This document shows, one piece after another, positions 7,343-16,219 of a stretch of DNA of 42,367 bases. Numbering within the stretch: the first letter of the stretch is position 1; each line of letters starts with the position of its first letter. The notes beneath the pieces are model-generated. The model made no database searches, was not told the DNA's origin, and saw nothing but the letters and a program-made list of their open reading frames with translations. This DNA is from a virus (lineage: Duplodnaviria; Caudoviricetes): IMG/VR virus record IMGVR_UViG_3300016263_001470, positions 1 through 42,367 of that record; one strand, written 5' to 3'. Position numbers and translations under genes: made by a program.

Positions 7343-9129
7343 TTCTTGTACCTCTCCGCGTCGACCGCTTCAGCCCCGATTGGACAGCCTTGCAACCATT
7401 CGGGGGATTCACTCATGAGCCTTTCAATTTCACCAGCCGGAACGTTCTTGTCAACTTCACAAACCGCCTCGTCGTGAATATGCATGACGACCGGAATCCC
7501 GGCTTTTTCAAGACGCAATATCGACGCGCCCATAACGTCCCGCGCTACAGCCTGCACCAGGTTTTCGCAGAGTTTCCCGCCATAGAACGGTATCTGCGGA
7601 CCTCCTCGCTCGACGCACGCCGTCCAGGACGGCTTACGCATTTTGCCATCCTTGTCGTATTTCTGCTTCTCCGGCCACTGCGACATGATGTTGCGGTAGG
7701 TGAGGACACGACTACTGGGAAGACCAACCTCAAGCTGTTTGTCAGCCTTGGCGTTGTGAAAGTCGTTTTCCAGTTGCCTCCATAGCTGGAGAATCCCCGG
7801 ATTGCGTCCGCGAAAATCGTTGACGATCTCCTGGGCTTTTACGTCGGTCATATCAATTCCGTATTGCATCTTGGCGATCAGGGCAAACTTCTTGGCTCCC
7901 GCACCGTAACCAAGACCGAGCACCATGGCTTTGACCAGTTGGTACAGCGGAGCGTCTGTTTTCTTTAATGTCCCTTTAGGGCCATTCCATAAATTCATGT
8001 TTTTTGCCGCCGCTTCGTAGATGCCATACCCGTTCCTGATCGCCTCAAGGAGTCCTTCGTTGTCACACAGCCATGCAAGGACTCGTGGCTCAATCTGGGC
8101 AAGGTCGCAGATAATAAACTTCTTACCTGGCCGGGGTACGATGCAACCCCGTAAATCAACGCCGAACATTTCGTTTCGGGGAAGGTTCTGTACATTGAAC
8201 TTGGAGTCACCCGACCACCGTCCGGTGTGGGCGCCCATATATTTAAGCCCGTAACCCATTGAACCGTCAGGTCTTACGCGGGAGCGCATGACCTTCATTT
8301 TGGCAAGCAAAGAATTGGCCTTGCGCCAGTCCCGCATGATCGCAACAAACGGAACCTTGTCCCCGTACTGGGCCTCCCACAACGCGCACTCCTCCGAATT
8401 CTCCGCCATCGAGGTCGGCCACGGGATTCCAGCCTTCGCGCATTCACGGCGAAACGCCTTGGTCGAAAGCACAACGCCGTCGGTTTCGTCGATCCAGGGT
8501 AACGCGTTTTCGCATTCCCAGGTTTTGCGTTCCAGGGCTTTGATGCCTTTTTCCACCGCGTCTGTGTCCACATGCACTCCGCGCCAGCCCATGCTGATCG
8601 TGTGCCTGGAGAGCTCCTGCTCCATCGGCAAAAGATGCAAACCAAACTGCTCGTCGATCTTGTAGCAAGCCTCGGCGTCGTTCTTTGCGTACTCCAAAAC
8701 CTCCCTGCCAAACTCGGTGTTCTCAACATCGATCCACCGCTTGGAGTGCATCTTGTCCCGCGGGTCCTTGTCGATCTGCCTGTTTAGAAGTTCACGGGAG
8801 GCCCCTGCAAGATTGCGGGGCGCTCCCACGGCGACCGAAAGATTGGCGGTGCAGTCCCAAGCAACAGGCTTGGCTAAGAACTCACCTGCCTCGCGCAATC
8901 TCTCGATCACCGCGCCGTCAAAACTGTAGTTGTGGGCAATCCACCGGTGCCCGTTAATCTTGTCCCACGGAGCCTTTTTGGGGTCGCCGACGTAACTTAC
9001 ATCCGGCCCGTGGATTGCCACCATGTAAATGTCCGCCTTGTCGTGGCGCAGATAATGCCACTGGCCGAGCGTCGTGATGGAGATTTCCTTGTCGTAGTAA
9101 GTTTCAAAATCAATCGCGTAGGTATTCAT
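7339..9129 (-). CDS. polA: DNA polymerase family A with 3'-5' exonuclease
   Basis: AIDFET, AHNYSFD, HTGRWS, DLAQIEPR, KAMVLGLGYG, HIHDE. Confidence 0.95.
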   Translation of the reverse strand: MNTYAIDFETYYDKEISITTLGQWHYLRHDKADIYMVAIHGPDVSYVGDPKKAPWDKINGHRWIAHNYSFDGAVIERLREAGEFLAKPVAWDCTANLSVAVGAPRNLAGASRELLNRQIDKDPRDKMHSKRWIDVENTEFGREVLEYAKNDAEACYKIDEQFGLHLLPMEQELSRHTISMGWRGVHVDTDAVEKGIKALERKTWECENALPWIDETDGVVLSTKAFRRECAKAGIPWPTSMAENSEECALWEAQYGDKVPFVAIMRDWRKANSLLAKMKVMRSRVRPDGSMGYGLKYMGAHTGRWSGDSKFNVQNLPRNEMFGVDLRGCIVPRPGKKFIICDLAQIEPRVLAWLCDNEGLLEAIRNGYGIYEAAAKNMNLWNGPKGTLKKTDAPLYQLVKAMVLGLGYGAGAKKFALIAKMQYGIDMTDVKAQEIVNDFRGRNPGILQLWRQLENDFHNAKADKQLEVGLPSSRVLTYRNIMSQWPEKQKYDKDGKMRKPSWTACVERGGPQIPFYGGKLCENLVQAVARDVMGASILRLEKAGIPVVMHIHDEAVCEVDKNVPAGEIERLMSESPEWLQGCPIGAEAVDAERYKK

Positions 9130-9437
9130 TATTGTTTCTTTTTAATTCTGTAAGGGTTGGTTATGAATGTTTCTTCGAATACAGCCAGTCTTCCAAGCAT
9201 GTCGGAAACCTGTGCGGTGATCTTGTCGAACGTCTGGCTATCCTTGGCTTTTTTCCGCTTGTTAAGCAGGATTTCCAGGGCGCATAAGATCATATCGCTG
9301 ATTTCCTTGGGCGTGGCACCTGCGCTGAGTAACAGCGCATATTCGGCCTCAAGAGCTTCCCTGTCTTTCCCGCTAAACGGGAAAGGGATCACGGTGAACT
9401 CCTCGGCCAGTGCGTGACTGGCTGGGGAGTTGGTCAT
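9129..9437 (-). CDS. Hypothetical protein
   Basis: 102 aa, overlaps both neighbours. Confidence 0.65.
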   Translation of the reverse strand: MTNSPASHALAEEFTVIPFPFSGKDREALEAEYALLLSAGATPKEISDMILCALEILLNKRKKAKDSQTFDKITAQVSDMLGRLAVFEETFITNPYRIKKKQ

Positions 9438-9736
9438 TTTTTATCGCCGGTTTTAGCGTCTACAATCTCAGGGCCGCTTTCAGGCTCAATCATCCCGTTT
9501 GCCACCATATAATCCTCGCTGAGCTTATTTCCCTGTTTGTCGACAAGATCGCTTTCCTCCGGTTTTTTGAAACCTTCCTGGCCGAGAATCTGAGCGAGAA
9601 GACTGTGAACCAGCGGCATCAGCCCCAGAAAAACATCCTTTTCAACCAATGTGGGATCAGTGTCTCGCGGGGAAACACTGATGCTTAATTTTTCAGTATC
9701 TTTGTTATGTTCTATTTTAATTACGATTTCTACCAT
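9434..9736 (-). CDS. Hypothetical protein
   Basis: 100 aa, in operon. Confidence 0.65.
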   Translation of the reverse strand: MVEIVIKIEHNKDTEKLSISVSPRDTDPTLVEKDVFLGLMPLVHSLLAQILGQEGFKKPEESDLVDKQGNKLSEDYMVANGMIEPESGPEIVDAKTGDKK

Positions 9737-9737
9737 T

Positions 9738-10040
9738 TTATTCTTCTTTCTTTTGTGGTGTTAATTCGAGGACGGCTGCGCGGACCTTTTTGCGAAATGT
9801 GGAGCATTCGCGCTCAAGGTCTGCCATATCTGAAAGAAGCTCTGCCACAAGTTCTCTCAGACTTTCGTTCTCGTTTTCAAGACGACCGTTCTCCTCCACA
9901 AGGCGAGCGGCAGTCACGTGGTTGGCTTCTGCTAGGTCAACGACCCGGCAGTAAAATTGTTGGAGGCGGTGAAGATTTCTTTGACTGGTGTGATCGACTT
10001 TGTCGTAATCTTCTTTCCCTACGATGCTTTCTAGCGTCAT
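9738..10040 (-). CDS. Hypothetical coiled-coil protein
   Basis: Heptad pattern; ATG 10040 overlaps the upstream TGA. Confidence 0.6.
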   Translation of the reverse strand: MTLESIVGKEDYDKVDHTSQRNLHRLQQFYCRVVDLAEANHVTAARLVEENGRLENENESLRELVAELLSDMADLERECSTFRKKVRAAVLELTPQKKEE

Positions 10041-10267
10041 ATGTTTGCCTCCTGGCTTAAAACAATCGTGGGTTCCTTCGGGTCTGTCAAACATATAAAT
10101 CCTTCCTGTAGCAAATAATCCAAAGCCGCAACCACCTCGATCGCCAGCCTATCTTTTGCGTTTTTTGGCTTTTGCATTTTTCTTGACAATCTTGATTTTT
10201 GCTTGGGTGCTCTTGGTTTCCGTTGTAGTAGGAAATTTAAATCCACGCCGGTTCCACAGCCATTCAA
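10037..10267 (-). CDS. Hypothetical protein
   Basis: In operon; start uncertain. Confidence 0.5.
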   Translation of the reverse strand: MNGCGTGVDLNFLLQRKPRAPKQKSRLSRKMQKPKNAKDRLAIEVVAALDYLLQEGFICLTDPKEPTIVLSQEANI

Positions 10268-10476
10268 TGATCATTCGTATGCTCCTTTTGCGTTTTTAGT
10301 TTGTGGTCGAGTTTTTCTTTCTCAATAACCTGCATAAATCTATGGGCGTGCGTGTTGTCGTCAAAGAAAAAGATTGAGGTTGTTCGCTCCGTATCCGGGT
10401 CGGTGGCAAAAATCACCGCGCCAAACCAACGTCTGCTGATCCAAACAAACAACCATAATAAAATGGAGTCGATCAT
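10264..10476 (-). CDS. Hypothetical protein, hydrophobic N-terminus
   Basis: 70 aa, ATGA coupled. Confidence 0.55.
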   Translation of the reverse strand: MIDSILLWLFVWISRRWFGAVIFATDPDTERTTSIFFFDDNTHAHRFMQVIEKEKLDHKLKTQKEHTNDH

Positions 10477-10772
10477 TCGGTTTTACCACGCTTGGTTTTA
10501 TAAAGAAGAAAAGCCGCACGGACCAGAGCTCGTTCAAGATGGGCGATATGGTCCTCCCCGTTTGTATCCGGGGAAGGTCGATTGCCGTCAATCTGCATCA
10601 TGGCCTGGGTTATGTGGGAAATTGCCCTGTCCGAGTTGTACCTGCGGCTGTCGGTATGAAACCACTGACCGAACACGCTTTTGTCGGAGCCCTTAGACAT
10701 GATTTTGCGGATAACGTCGGACGTTTCCGTGACGATGTCTTCGATCGCCGGGGCTATTTTGTCTTGATCCAT
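10473..10772 (-). CDS. Possible dATP/dGTP diphosphohydrolase-like (DUF5664-like) protein
   Basis: IMSKGSDK..GQW..RY..RAISHI...D..GEDHIAHL pattern. Confidence 0.45.
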   Translation of the reverse strand: MDQDKIAPAIEDIVTETSDVIRKIMSKGSDKSVFGQWFHTDSRRYNSDRAISHITQAMMQIDGNRPSPDTNGEDHIAHLERALVRAAFLLYKTKRGKTE

Positions 10773-10924
10773 ATACCCTTTACTTCCGTTTTTACGTTGA
10801 AGTTTAAGTACCTGAGCATGTCCGTAAATTGGCGGAGAACGTCCGGTGTTTCACGCGGCAAGGAACACTTGACCTGTCGACGCTTCTCGCGCCGCACCAT
10901 GCCGGAACGTCTCCCCTTCTTCAT
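10754..10924 (-). CDS. Small basic hypothetical protein (56 aa, not in track)
   Basis: Manual translation MKKGRRSGMVRREKRR...GIWIKTK fills the gap. Confidence 0.5.
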   Translation of the reverse strand: MKKGRRSGMVRREKRRQVKCSLPRETPDVLRQFTDMLRYLNFNVKTEVKGIWIKTK

Positions 10925-10928
10925 TAAC

Positions 10929-11645
10929 TTAGATCAAGCTGGAAGCCCAAGCCTGGAACTCATCGTTGTTGGTTCCAGCCAACTTGAAAGTCGGCGTAAA
11001 CCAGCTGCCCATCGAGTTGGTGTTGAGCTTGCTGCTAACGTGATAACGACCCTTGGTCAACCCGCCGCGAAGGACAGTCTGGCTGTCAGTGAGCAGCTGG
11101 CGACCAGCACCACGGTACGCGCTCTTGGTGAGGTTGTACTGAGCTAGGGCGTAGTTTTTCTTATCCGGACCTTCGAGCGAGAACACGGGGTTCTTGTCCT
11201 TGGGTTCGGCAACCAGGAGGGTCAACACAAGAAACGGAATATACCGGTCCGTGTCGTCATTCTCGGTGATGTCCAAGGTTCCTCCGGCGGCTTCCACCTC
11301 GGCTTGCGAGGCGAAAATCTTCGGGATCACGTCGGTTCCGTACGGGATTTCCTGGATGTACTTCTTCTGGATATGGGTGATGATCGTTTCCATCGGCGCG
11401 TCCTTCGAGCCGACCACGATCTCCTTGTTGAAGACGAAGGCACCAGGTTGGAAGTTATTGCTCAGGTTGCCCGTCTTGCCAACGAGGTTGATCCGCGGGA
11501 TCAGGAAGTCGGAGGCTTTGAATTCGCCATCGACCGCCGAATTGCGGTTGGAGATCGTGGGAGCTTTGCTCTCAACGGTCGCCAATGCCTGGTTTTCCTT
11601 CTGCTCGGTTGCTTCTTTGTCTTTTTTGCTGAATGAGGTTTTCAC
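10929..11645 (-). CDS. Putative ssDNA-binding/recombination protein
   Basis: DFLIPRINLV..GAFVF..WFTPTF; lies between the nuclease and polA; biased codon use. Confidence 0.5.
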   Translation of the reverse strand: MKTSFSKKDKEATEQKENQALATVESKAPTISNRNSAVDGEFKASDFLIPRINLVGKTGNLSNNFQPGAFVFNKEIVVGSKDAPMETIITHIQKKYIQEIPYGTDVIPKIFASQAEVEAAGGTLDITENDDTDRYIPFLVLTLLVAEPKDKNPVFSLEGPDKKNYALAQYNLTKSAYRGAGRQLLTDSQTVLRGGLTKGRYHVSSKLNTNSMGSWFTPTFKLAGTNNDEFQAWASSLI

Positions 11646-12505
11646 TGTATTTGTTTGATCTCTTTATTTTTTCTTAGTTGATAAGACGGCTCACCGCGCG
11701 TCATTGCTTCGGCAGCGATAAGGTCGTCCTCCAGTTGTTCTTTCGCCACGGTCTTCTGACCGCGAGGCGCCTTGGCCGCAACTAGATCGGCCAAATCCGT
11801 AAATTTAACTTCGCAAGCAGAACTGAACTCCTCGGCGGTCAATTTATCTTTGACAAGTTCCCAGGCTTTCTGGGGATCTTTGATTTCCCTGCGCCCCTGA
11901 ATCTCCTTGAGCCCATAACCCGGAATCTCACCGCCTTCCTTAGCAAATTCCAGATTATGCTTCCGTACGCTGGAACACCAAGCCTCCATGACCATGGCAA
12001 TCCGCTGGGCTTGGGCACGGCGTTCCGGTGTGCCCAGCTGGCTAGGATGAAATAGTTCCGGCAACTGCGCGTCGTGTGCCATGTCATAAGCTTTAACGAT
12101 CTGCATGGTGGCTCCGTGGACTGCTGGGCAGTCGGCCAGCTTGGCGCAGAATACACATTGATCTCCGGGGGTATAATCGGCTTCTGTATGATTTTTGCAT
12201 TTGTCTATGATTCCTTTTATTCGTTTTTCCATCCGCCCATAATCGGACTCCCGATTGAATGTGTGGGTGAAAATGAGGTCGAGCCTGGGTTGCAGGACGT
12301 GGACGGTGACATCGGTGATGTAATCGTATTTGTCAAAAACTCCGAGCGTATAAGCCCACATTTGAGCGTTGTGCTCTGCGTCATCGACAGGATTGAATCC
12401 GAATTTGTAGTCGATGAGATGGGCTTTATTCCCGCGAATAAGGAGCCGGTCAACGAATCCCCATTGGTCGAAAACTTCAAGTTTAATTTCCTTTAGGTCA
12501 AGCAT
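11642..12505 (-). CDS. Cas4/DUF2800-like PD-(D/E)XK exonuclease, C-terminal part
   Basis: E..GFVD..LIDYKFG..AQMWAY nuclease motifs and CVFCAKLADCP. Confidence 0.8.
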   Translation of the reverse strand: MLDLKEIKLEVFDQWGFVDRLLIRGNKAHLIDYKFGFNPVDDAEHNAQMWAYTLGVFDKYDYITDVTVHVLQPRLDLIFTHTFNRESDYGRMEKRIKGIIDKCKNHTEADYTPGDQCVFCAKLADCPAVHGATMQIVKAYDMAHDAQLPELFHPSQLGTPERRAQAQRIAMVMEAWCSSVRKHNLEFAKEGGEIPGYGLKEIQGRREIKDPQKAWELVKDKLTAEEFSSACEVKFTDLADLVAAKAPRGQKTVAKEQLEDDLIAAEAMTRGEPSYQLRKNKEIKQIQ

Positions 12506-12734
12506 CGGTCATCAACTCCGCCCGGACACGCTCAACGTAATCCAGGCACTTCATGACGAGTTTTGTTTCTTCAGCGTTAAGATTGTCGAAGTCCCCAATC
12601 TCACAAGCCTGATGCATAGCCGTTCCCCGCTGGGTAACGATGTGAACTTCCCCGTCCCTTTTCGGTTCGTACCCCGGGCATAACTCCCTGCTTTTGAGAG
12701 TGCTCGGGCTATATCTTGCGTGTCCTGAGTCCAT
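12498..12734 (-). CDS. Cas4/DUF2800-like exonuclease, N-terminal part
   Basis: HARYSPSTL..CPG and RGTAMH, the typical N-terminus of this family. Confidence 0.75.
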   Translation of the reverse strand: MDSGHARYSPSTLKSRELCPGYEPKRDGEVHIVTQRGTAMHQACEIGDFDNLNAEETKLVMKCLDYVERVRAELMTDA

Positions 12735-12747
12735 TAGCGTGGGGCGT

Positions 12748-12775
12748 ATTGTGGGTTCAAAAACGTAAACGTCAA
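12748..12775 (-). promoter_or_regulatory. Promoter-like motif
   Basis: TTGACG-16-CACAAT, 13 nt before ATG 12734. Confidence 0.5.
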
Positions 12776-12776
12776 G

Positions 12777-14066
12777 TCAATTATGAGTGAGCAGATCCCC
12801 GTCGTTGAGGAGCTCGATGTTTTTAAGTTTTCTGCGGACCGCGTGACTGACCTCTTCCTCGACCGAATTGGCGGCAAAAAGAATATATTGCAGGGCCGGA
12901 GATTTTGCCCCGGATCTGTGGATCCGACCAAGAGCTTGCTTAAGGTCGATCGCCGAATATGTCGGGCTGATTAACGACACTCTCGGTCTTCCGTGTAGAT
13001 CATGGAGGCTCACCCCGACGCCGCCGGCGGCAATCTGGCAAACCAGAAAATGATGGGCGTTGGCCTGAAAAGCGTTGATCGTATCTTCCCGGTCGCTGGC
13101 TGATTGATCCCCTGCGATGTAAAGCGGGTTATGCTTCTCCATCTTTTCCATGAGGGCATCCAGAGTTTGTCTAAAATTAACGAAGCAAACCACGCTTTTC
13201 CCGTCCGATAAAAACTCCTCGGCCATTTCAACCATGACCGGCACACGGAGAAGCTCAATTTCCTGGCGCATACGAAGGCGCTTGGTAAGCGGGCTTTCAG
13301 GATCGCGGTCGGACAAAGCCTTGGTTTTTAACTCGGCTATTTCCTTTTCCACCTGTTCGTACAGTTCCCCAATCCTTGGGGAAATGTCGAAAGTTTGGGC
13401 ATTGACCTGGTTTGAAGGGAAAGCATCGCCGAGCTCGCTTATCTTTACCCGAACGCCTTTTTGAGGGAAGATTTTGGAATGGATGTCCACGAGCACTTTC
13501 TTGCCCCCTCGGAATTGCATCCCGCCCCAGGGTGCTTTGACAACACCGTTTTTGTGGAGCCAGCTAAAGAAGTTGACCCCGTTGTGGAGCCCTAAAAGTC
13601 TTCCGGTAAAACGCATGTCCAACGGGCTTCCCGCCGCGGTGGCCGACAGCATCAGGATCTTTGAAGGTCTGGCGGCTTCCAGCATGGCTCCGTTTTGTGA
13701 CTTGTAGCTTTTACAACGGTGGACTTCGTCAAATATAAACAGAAAATCCTGTGAAGCGTTGGCCCATTCCCATTGCTTGTTGCCCAGCTTTTTGAGGAAT
13801 TGAGTATTGCCAGTTCTTAGCTTTTCGTAGTTCAGTACAAATTCGGGTTGTAGCCCAAATGTGCTACACCATTCTTTCCAAGCTGGCAGGACGATCTTTG
13901 GAGCTACGATCGCAAAAGGGAGCCCGAGGTCTTTTGCCACGGAACACGCCGTGACCGTTTTACCCGTCCCTGTATCAGAACAATCGAGAGCGATCGAGTG
14001 GTTCTGAAGCGCCTGAAGTAAAGTGCTCTTCGCCTTCTCCTGCCACGGGTGAAGAACTACAGGCAT
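12777..14066 (-). CDS. SF2 (SNF2-like) helicase
   Basis: DTGTGKT, DEVH, LSAT, GGVGVSL, QALGRIHR. Confidence 0.92.
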   Translation of the reverse strand: MPVVLHPWQEKAKSTLLQALQNHSIALDCSDTGTGKTVTACSVAKDLGLPFAIVAPKIVLPAWKEWCSTFGLQPEFVLNYEKLRTGNTQFLKKLGNKQWEWANASQDFLFIFDEVHRCKSYKSQNGAMLEAARPSKILMLSATAAGSPLDMRFTGRLLGLHNGVNFFSWLHKNGVVKAPWGGMQFRGGKKVLVDIHSKIFPQKGVRVKISELGDAFPSNQVNAQTFDISPRIGELYEQVEKEIAELKTKALSDRDPESPLTKRLRMRQEIELLRVPVMVEMAEEFLSDGKSVVCFVNFRQTLDALMEKMEKHNPLYIAGDQSASDREDTINAFQANAHHFLVCQIAAGGVGVSLHDLHGRPRVSLISPTYSAIDLKQALGRIHRSGAKSPALQYILFAANSVEEEVSHAVRRKLKNIELLNDGDLLTHN

Positions 14067-14376
14067 CGGAATGTTTCTCCCGCACTAGCGAGAGCCAATC
14101 CTCCGCAAGCATCGTAACAAGCCACGGACGTTTGTTTTTTCTATGGGCCACGACAGGAACTTTCTTTCCGCAATCTCGCTGGGCCTGTTCCATAGCTTTA
14201 TCAATGTTGAGGGCCTCAACCCTTTTGACCTCAAAGTGAAAAGGGAGGTTCGAGACAACGTCGGGACTGTCCTCGCTGCCTGAAAATTGCCGGCCGCGCC
14301 TCGCTTCGAAACCTTTTTCCCGGAGGACATCACGCCACTCCCTTTCCCCAACCTTGCCTTTTTGACAACTGTTCAC
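13975..14376 (-). CDS. Holliday junction resolvase (Hjc-like PD-(D/E)XK)
   Basis: KGKVGERE..L..GF...SPDV..HFEVKR. Confidence 0.8.
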   Translation of the reverse strand: MNSCQKGKVGEREWRDVLREKGFEARRGRQFSGSEDSPDVVSNLPFHFEVKRVEALNIDKAMEQAQRDCGKKVPVVAHRKNKRPWLVTMLAEDWLSLVREKHSDACSSSPVAGEGEEHFTSGASEPLDRSRLF

Positions 14377-14405
14377 GGTTCATATGTGTTCCCAAGCGTC
14401 CGGCC

Positions 14406-14448
14406 AGACTGAACTTAAATTGACAACTGTCAAGCCATTATGCAGATT
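14406..14448. promoter_or_regulatory. Divergent promoter pair sharing the palindrome TTGACA-ac-TGTCAA
   Basis: Palindrome 14420-14433; candidate -10 boxes CAGATT (+, 14443) and CAGTCT (-, 14411). Confidence 0.5.
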
Positions 14449-16173
14449 AGCCCCTTGCCTATCGAAAAATATGGAAAGTCCTGGCCCGATGGAGCCAACG
14501 ACCTCGACATAGAATTACTTGCCTTTAAAGCCGGTTTGCGACCTGAAGACGGCGGTTTAGGCAAGGCACAACATTTTAAGAATGCCGTTAATCTGCTTTG
14601 GCCTTACCATAAAACAAAACACAAGAACGGTTTTTACTGGCATCCGTGGGCAGACTGGATGATCGAGCGGGCTTGCGAGCAAAATTACCTGGCTATTTCC
14701 GGCCCAAAGTCATCAGCCAAAACCTCGACCATGGCTATGTGGGGCTTGGTCAACTGGCTCTGCGCCCCGCATGAAACCCTGGTTTTGGTGACCACGACCT
14801 CAGTTCGAGAAGCAAGGAAGCGTTTATGGGGATCCATTCGTGAACGATACATGCAGGTTCCTGGCCTGCCGGGAAAGCTGATCGACTCAATGGGCAAGAT
14901 TGTTTTAAACCCGGAAGAGGCCGGCGAGGCAAGCGACCGTTCCTCGATTACTCTGGTTCCTTCCAGTCCGGATAAGGAAAAGGAAGCAACCGCAAAGTTG
15001 ATCGGTCTTAAAAACAAACGGGTGTTTCTGATTATCGACGAGGCCACTGACGTGACAAACTCCGTTTTTGAAGCGATTAACAATCTTAACGCCAACCCGC
15101 ATTTTCAATGCGTAGCCCTCGGCAACTTCAATTCCCAATACGATCCGTTTGGGGTTTTCTCCACGCCCAAGGACGGGTGGAACTCCGTCACGGTCGACTC
15201 CGAGGAGTGGGACACCAAGCTTGGCAAGTGCATCCATCTGGACGGATTAAAAACTCCAAATATCGAGCACAACGACAAATGGCCATTTTTGTTGACTTCC
15301 AAGCAGGTCAAATACGCAATTGACAATGAGGGAGAAAACTCCCTGTCGTTTTGGCGGTTCATCCGGTCATTCCCTGCACCGGTGGGTGCGGAGGAAGGTA
15401 TTTATTCGGAAGCAGACTTTCGAAAGTATGACGTGGCTAAGGAGCCCAGATGGTCTGGGCAACCCATGTTCCTTGCCGGATTTGACCCCGCCTTCACCAA
15501 CGGAGGCGACAGGTCGGTATTGGCCATCCTTAAATATGGTCAGAGTGAGGAAGCAGGGCCCGCTGTTTGCCTGCACAAGTTCCATTATTTGCGTGAGGAC
15601 GTGACCAAGCCGGAGCCCAGGAACTTCCAAATCGCCAGGGAAGTTATGCGGATTTGTCAAGAAAACGGGATACCACCCGAAAGGTTGTCGATCGACGCCA
15701 CCGGCGCAGGCGATCCGTTTTGCGACATTTTGGCGGAGCTTTGGTCGCAACGAATCCTCCGTATCAAGTTTGGTGAAAAAGCCTCCAGTTTGCCGGTCAG
15801 CATAACAAACCCGATCAAGGGAACCGAGAAGTATACCAACCGTGTCACGGAACTTTGGTTTTCTGGGGTGGAGTATATGCGCTCCAACCAGCTAAAAGGC
15901 ATCCTGCCGGACCTGGCCAAGGAAATGACCGGACGAAAATATACAACGACGGCTGGCGGCAAGGTCACCGTTGAGCCCAAGCGGGATTACAAACTACGGT
16001 TGGGTAGATCGCCCGACTTGGCGGACGCTTTCTTTTTGGGTCTGGATCTTGCTCGTCAACGACTGGGTATCCAGGCCGGGTCGTTGGTTGGGGGTAAAAT
16101 GCGGTCGTCCTGGCTCGATCAAGCTCGCAAGCTGGACTCCGTTCATGCCCCCAACGCCTTCCTGTCCCATTAA
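14440..16173 (+). CDS. terL: Terminase large subunit
   Basis: Walker A GPKSSAKT, Walker B LIIDEA, LGN, nuclease GFDPA..GDRS, IDATG, SPDLADA; alternative start TTG 14455. Confidence 0.93.
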   Translation: MQISPLPIEKYGKSWPDGANDLDIELLAFKAGLRPEDGGLGKAQHFKNAVNLLWPYHKTKHKNGFYWHPWADWMIERACEQNYLAISGPKSSAKTSTMAMWGLVNWLCAPHETLVLVTTTSVREARKRLWGSIRERYMQVPGLPGKLIDSMGKIVLNPEEAGEASDRSSITLVPSSPDKEKEATAKLIGLKNKRVFLIIDEATDVTNSVFEAINNLNANPHFQCVALGNFNSQYDPFGVFSTPKDGWNSVTVDSEEWDTKLGKCIHLDGLKTPNIEHNDKWPFLLTSKQVKYAIDNEGENSLSFWRFIRSFPAPVGAEEGIYSEADFRKYDVAKEPRWSGQPMFLAGFDPAFTNGGDRSVLAILKYGQSEEAGPAVCLHKFHYLREDVTKPEPRNFQIAREVMRICQENGIPPERLSIDATGAGDPFCDILAELWSQRILRIKFGEKASSLPVSITNPIKGTEKYTNRVTELWFSGVEYMRSNQLKGILPDLAKEMTGRKYTTTAGGKVTVEPKRDYKLRLGRSPDLADAFFLGLDLARQRLGIQAGSLVGGKMRSSWLDQARKLDSVHAPNAFLSH

Positions 16174-16180
16174 ATCTTGA

Positions 16181-16209
16181 TTGACAGGCCAGAGTGACTT
16201 ATCCATACT
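16181..16209 (+). promoter_or_regulatory. Promoter for portal
   Basis: TTGACA-17-CATACT, 10 nt before in-frame GTG 16220. Confidence 0.65.
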
Positions 16210-16219
16210 AGGTGGACTT

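Noticed and set aside
11642-12734. CRISPR-Cas system suggested by the Cas4-like gene
   Set aside because: No array or other cas genes; stand-alone Cas4-like nucleases are usual next to phage SSB/polA
16181-16219. Portal N-terminal extension given by the ORF track
   Set aside because: Its TTG is the -35 hexamer; GTG 16220 fits better
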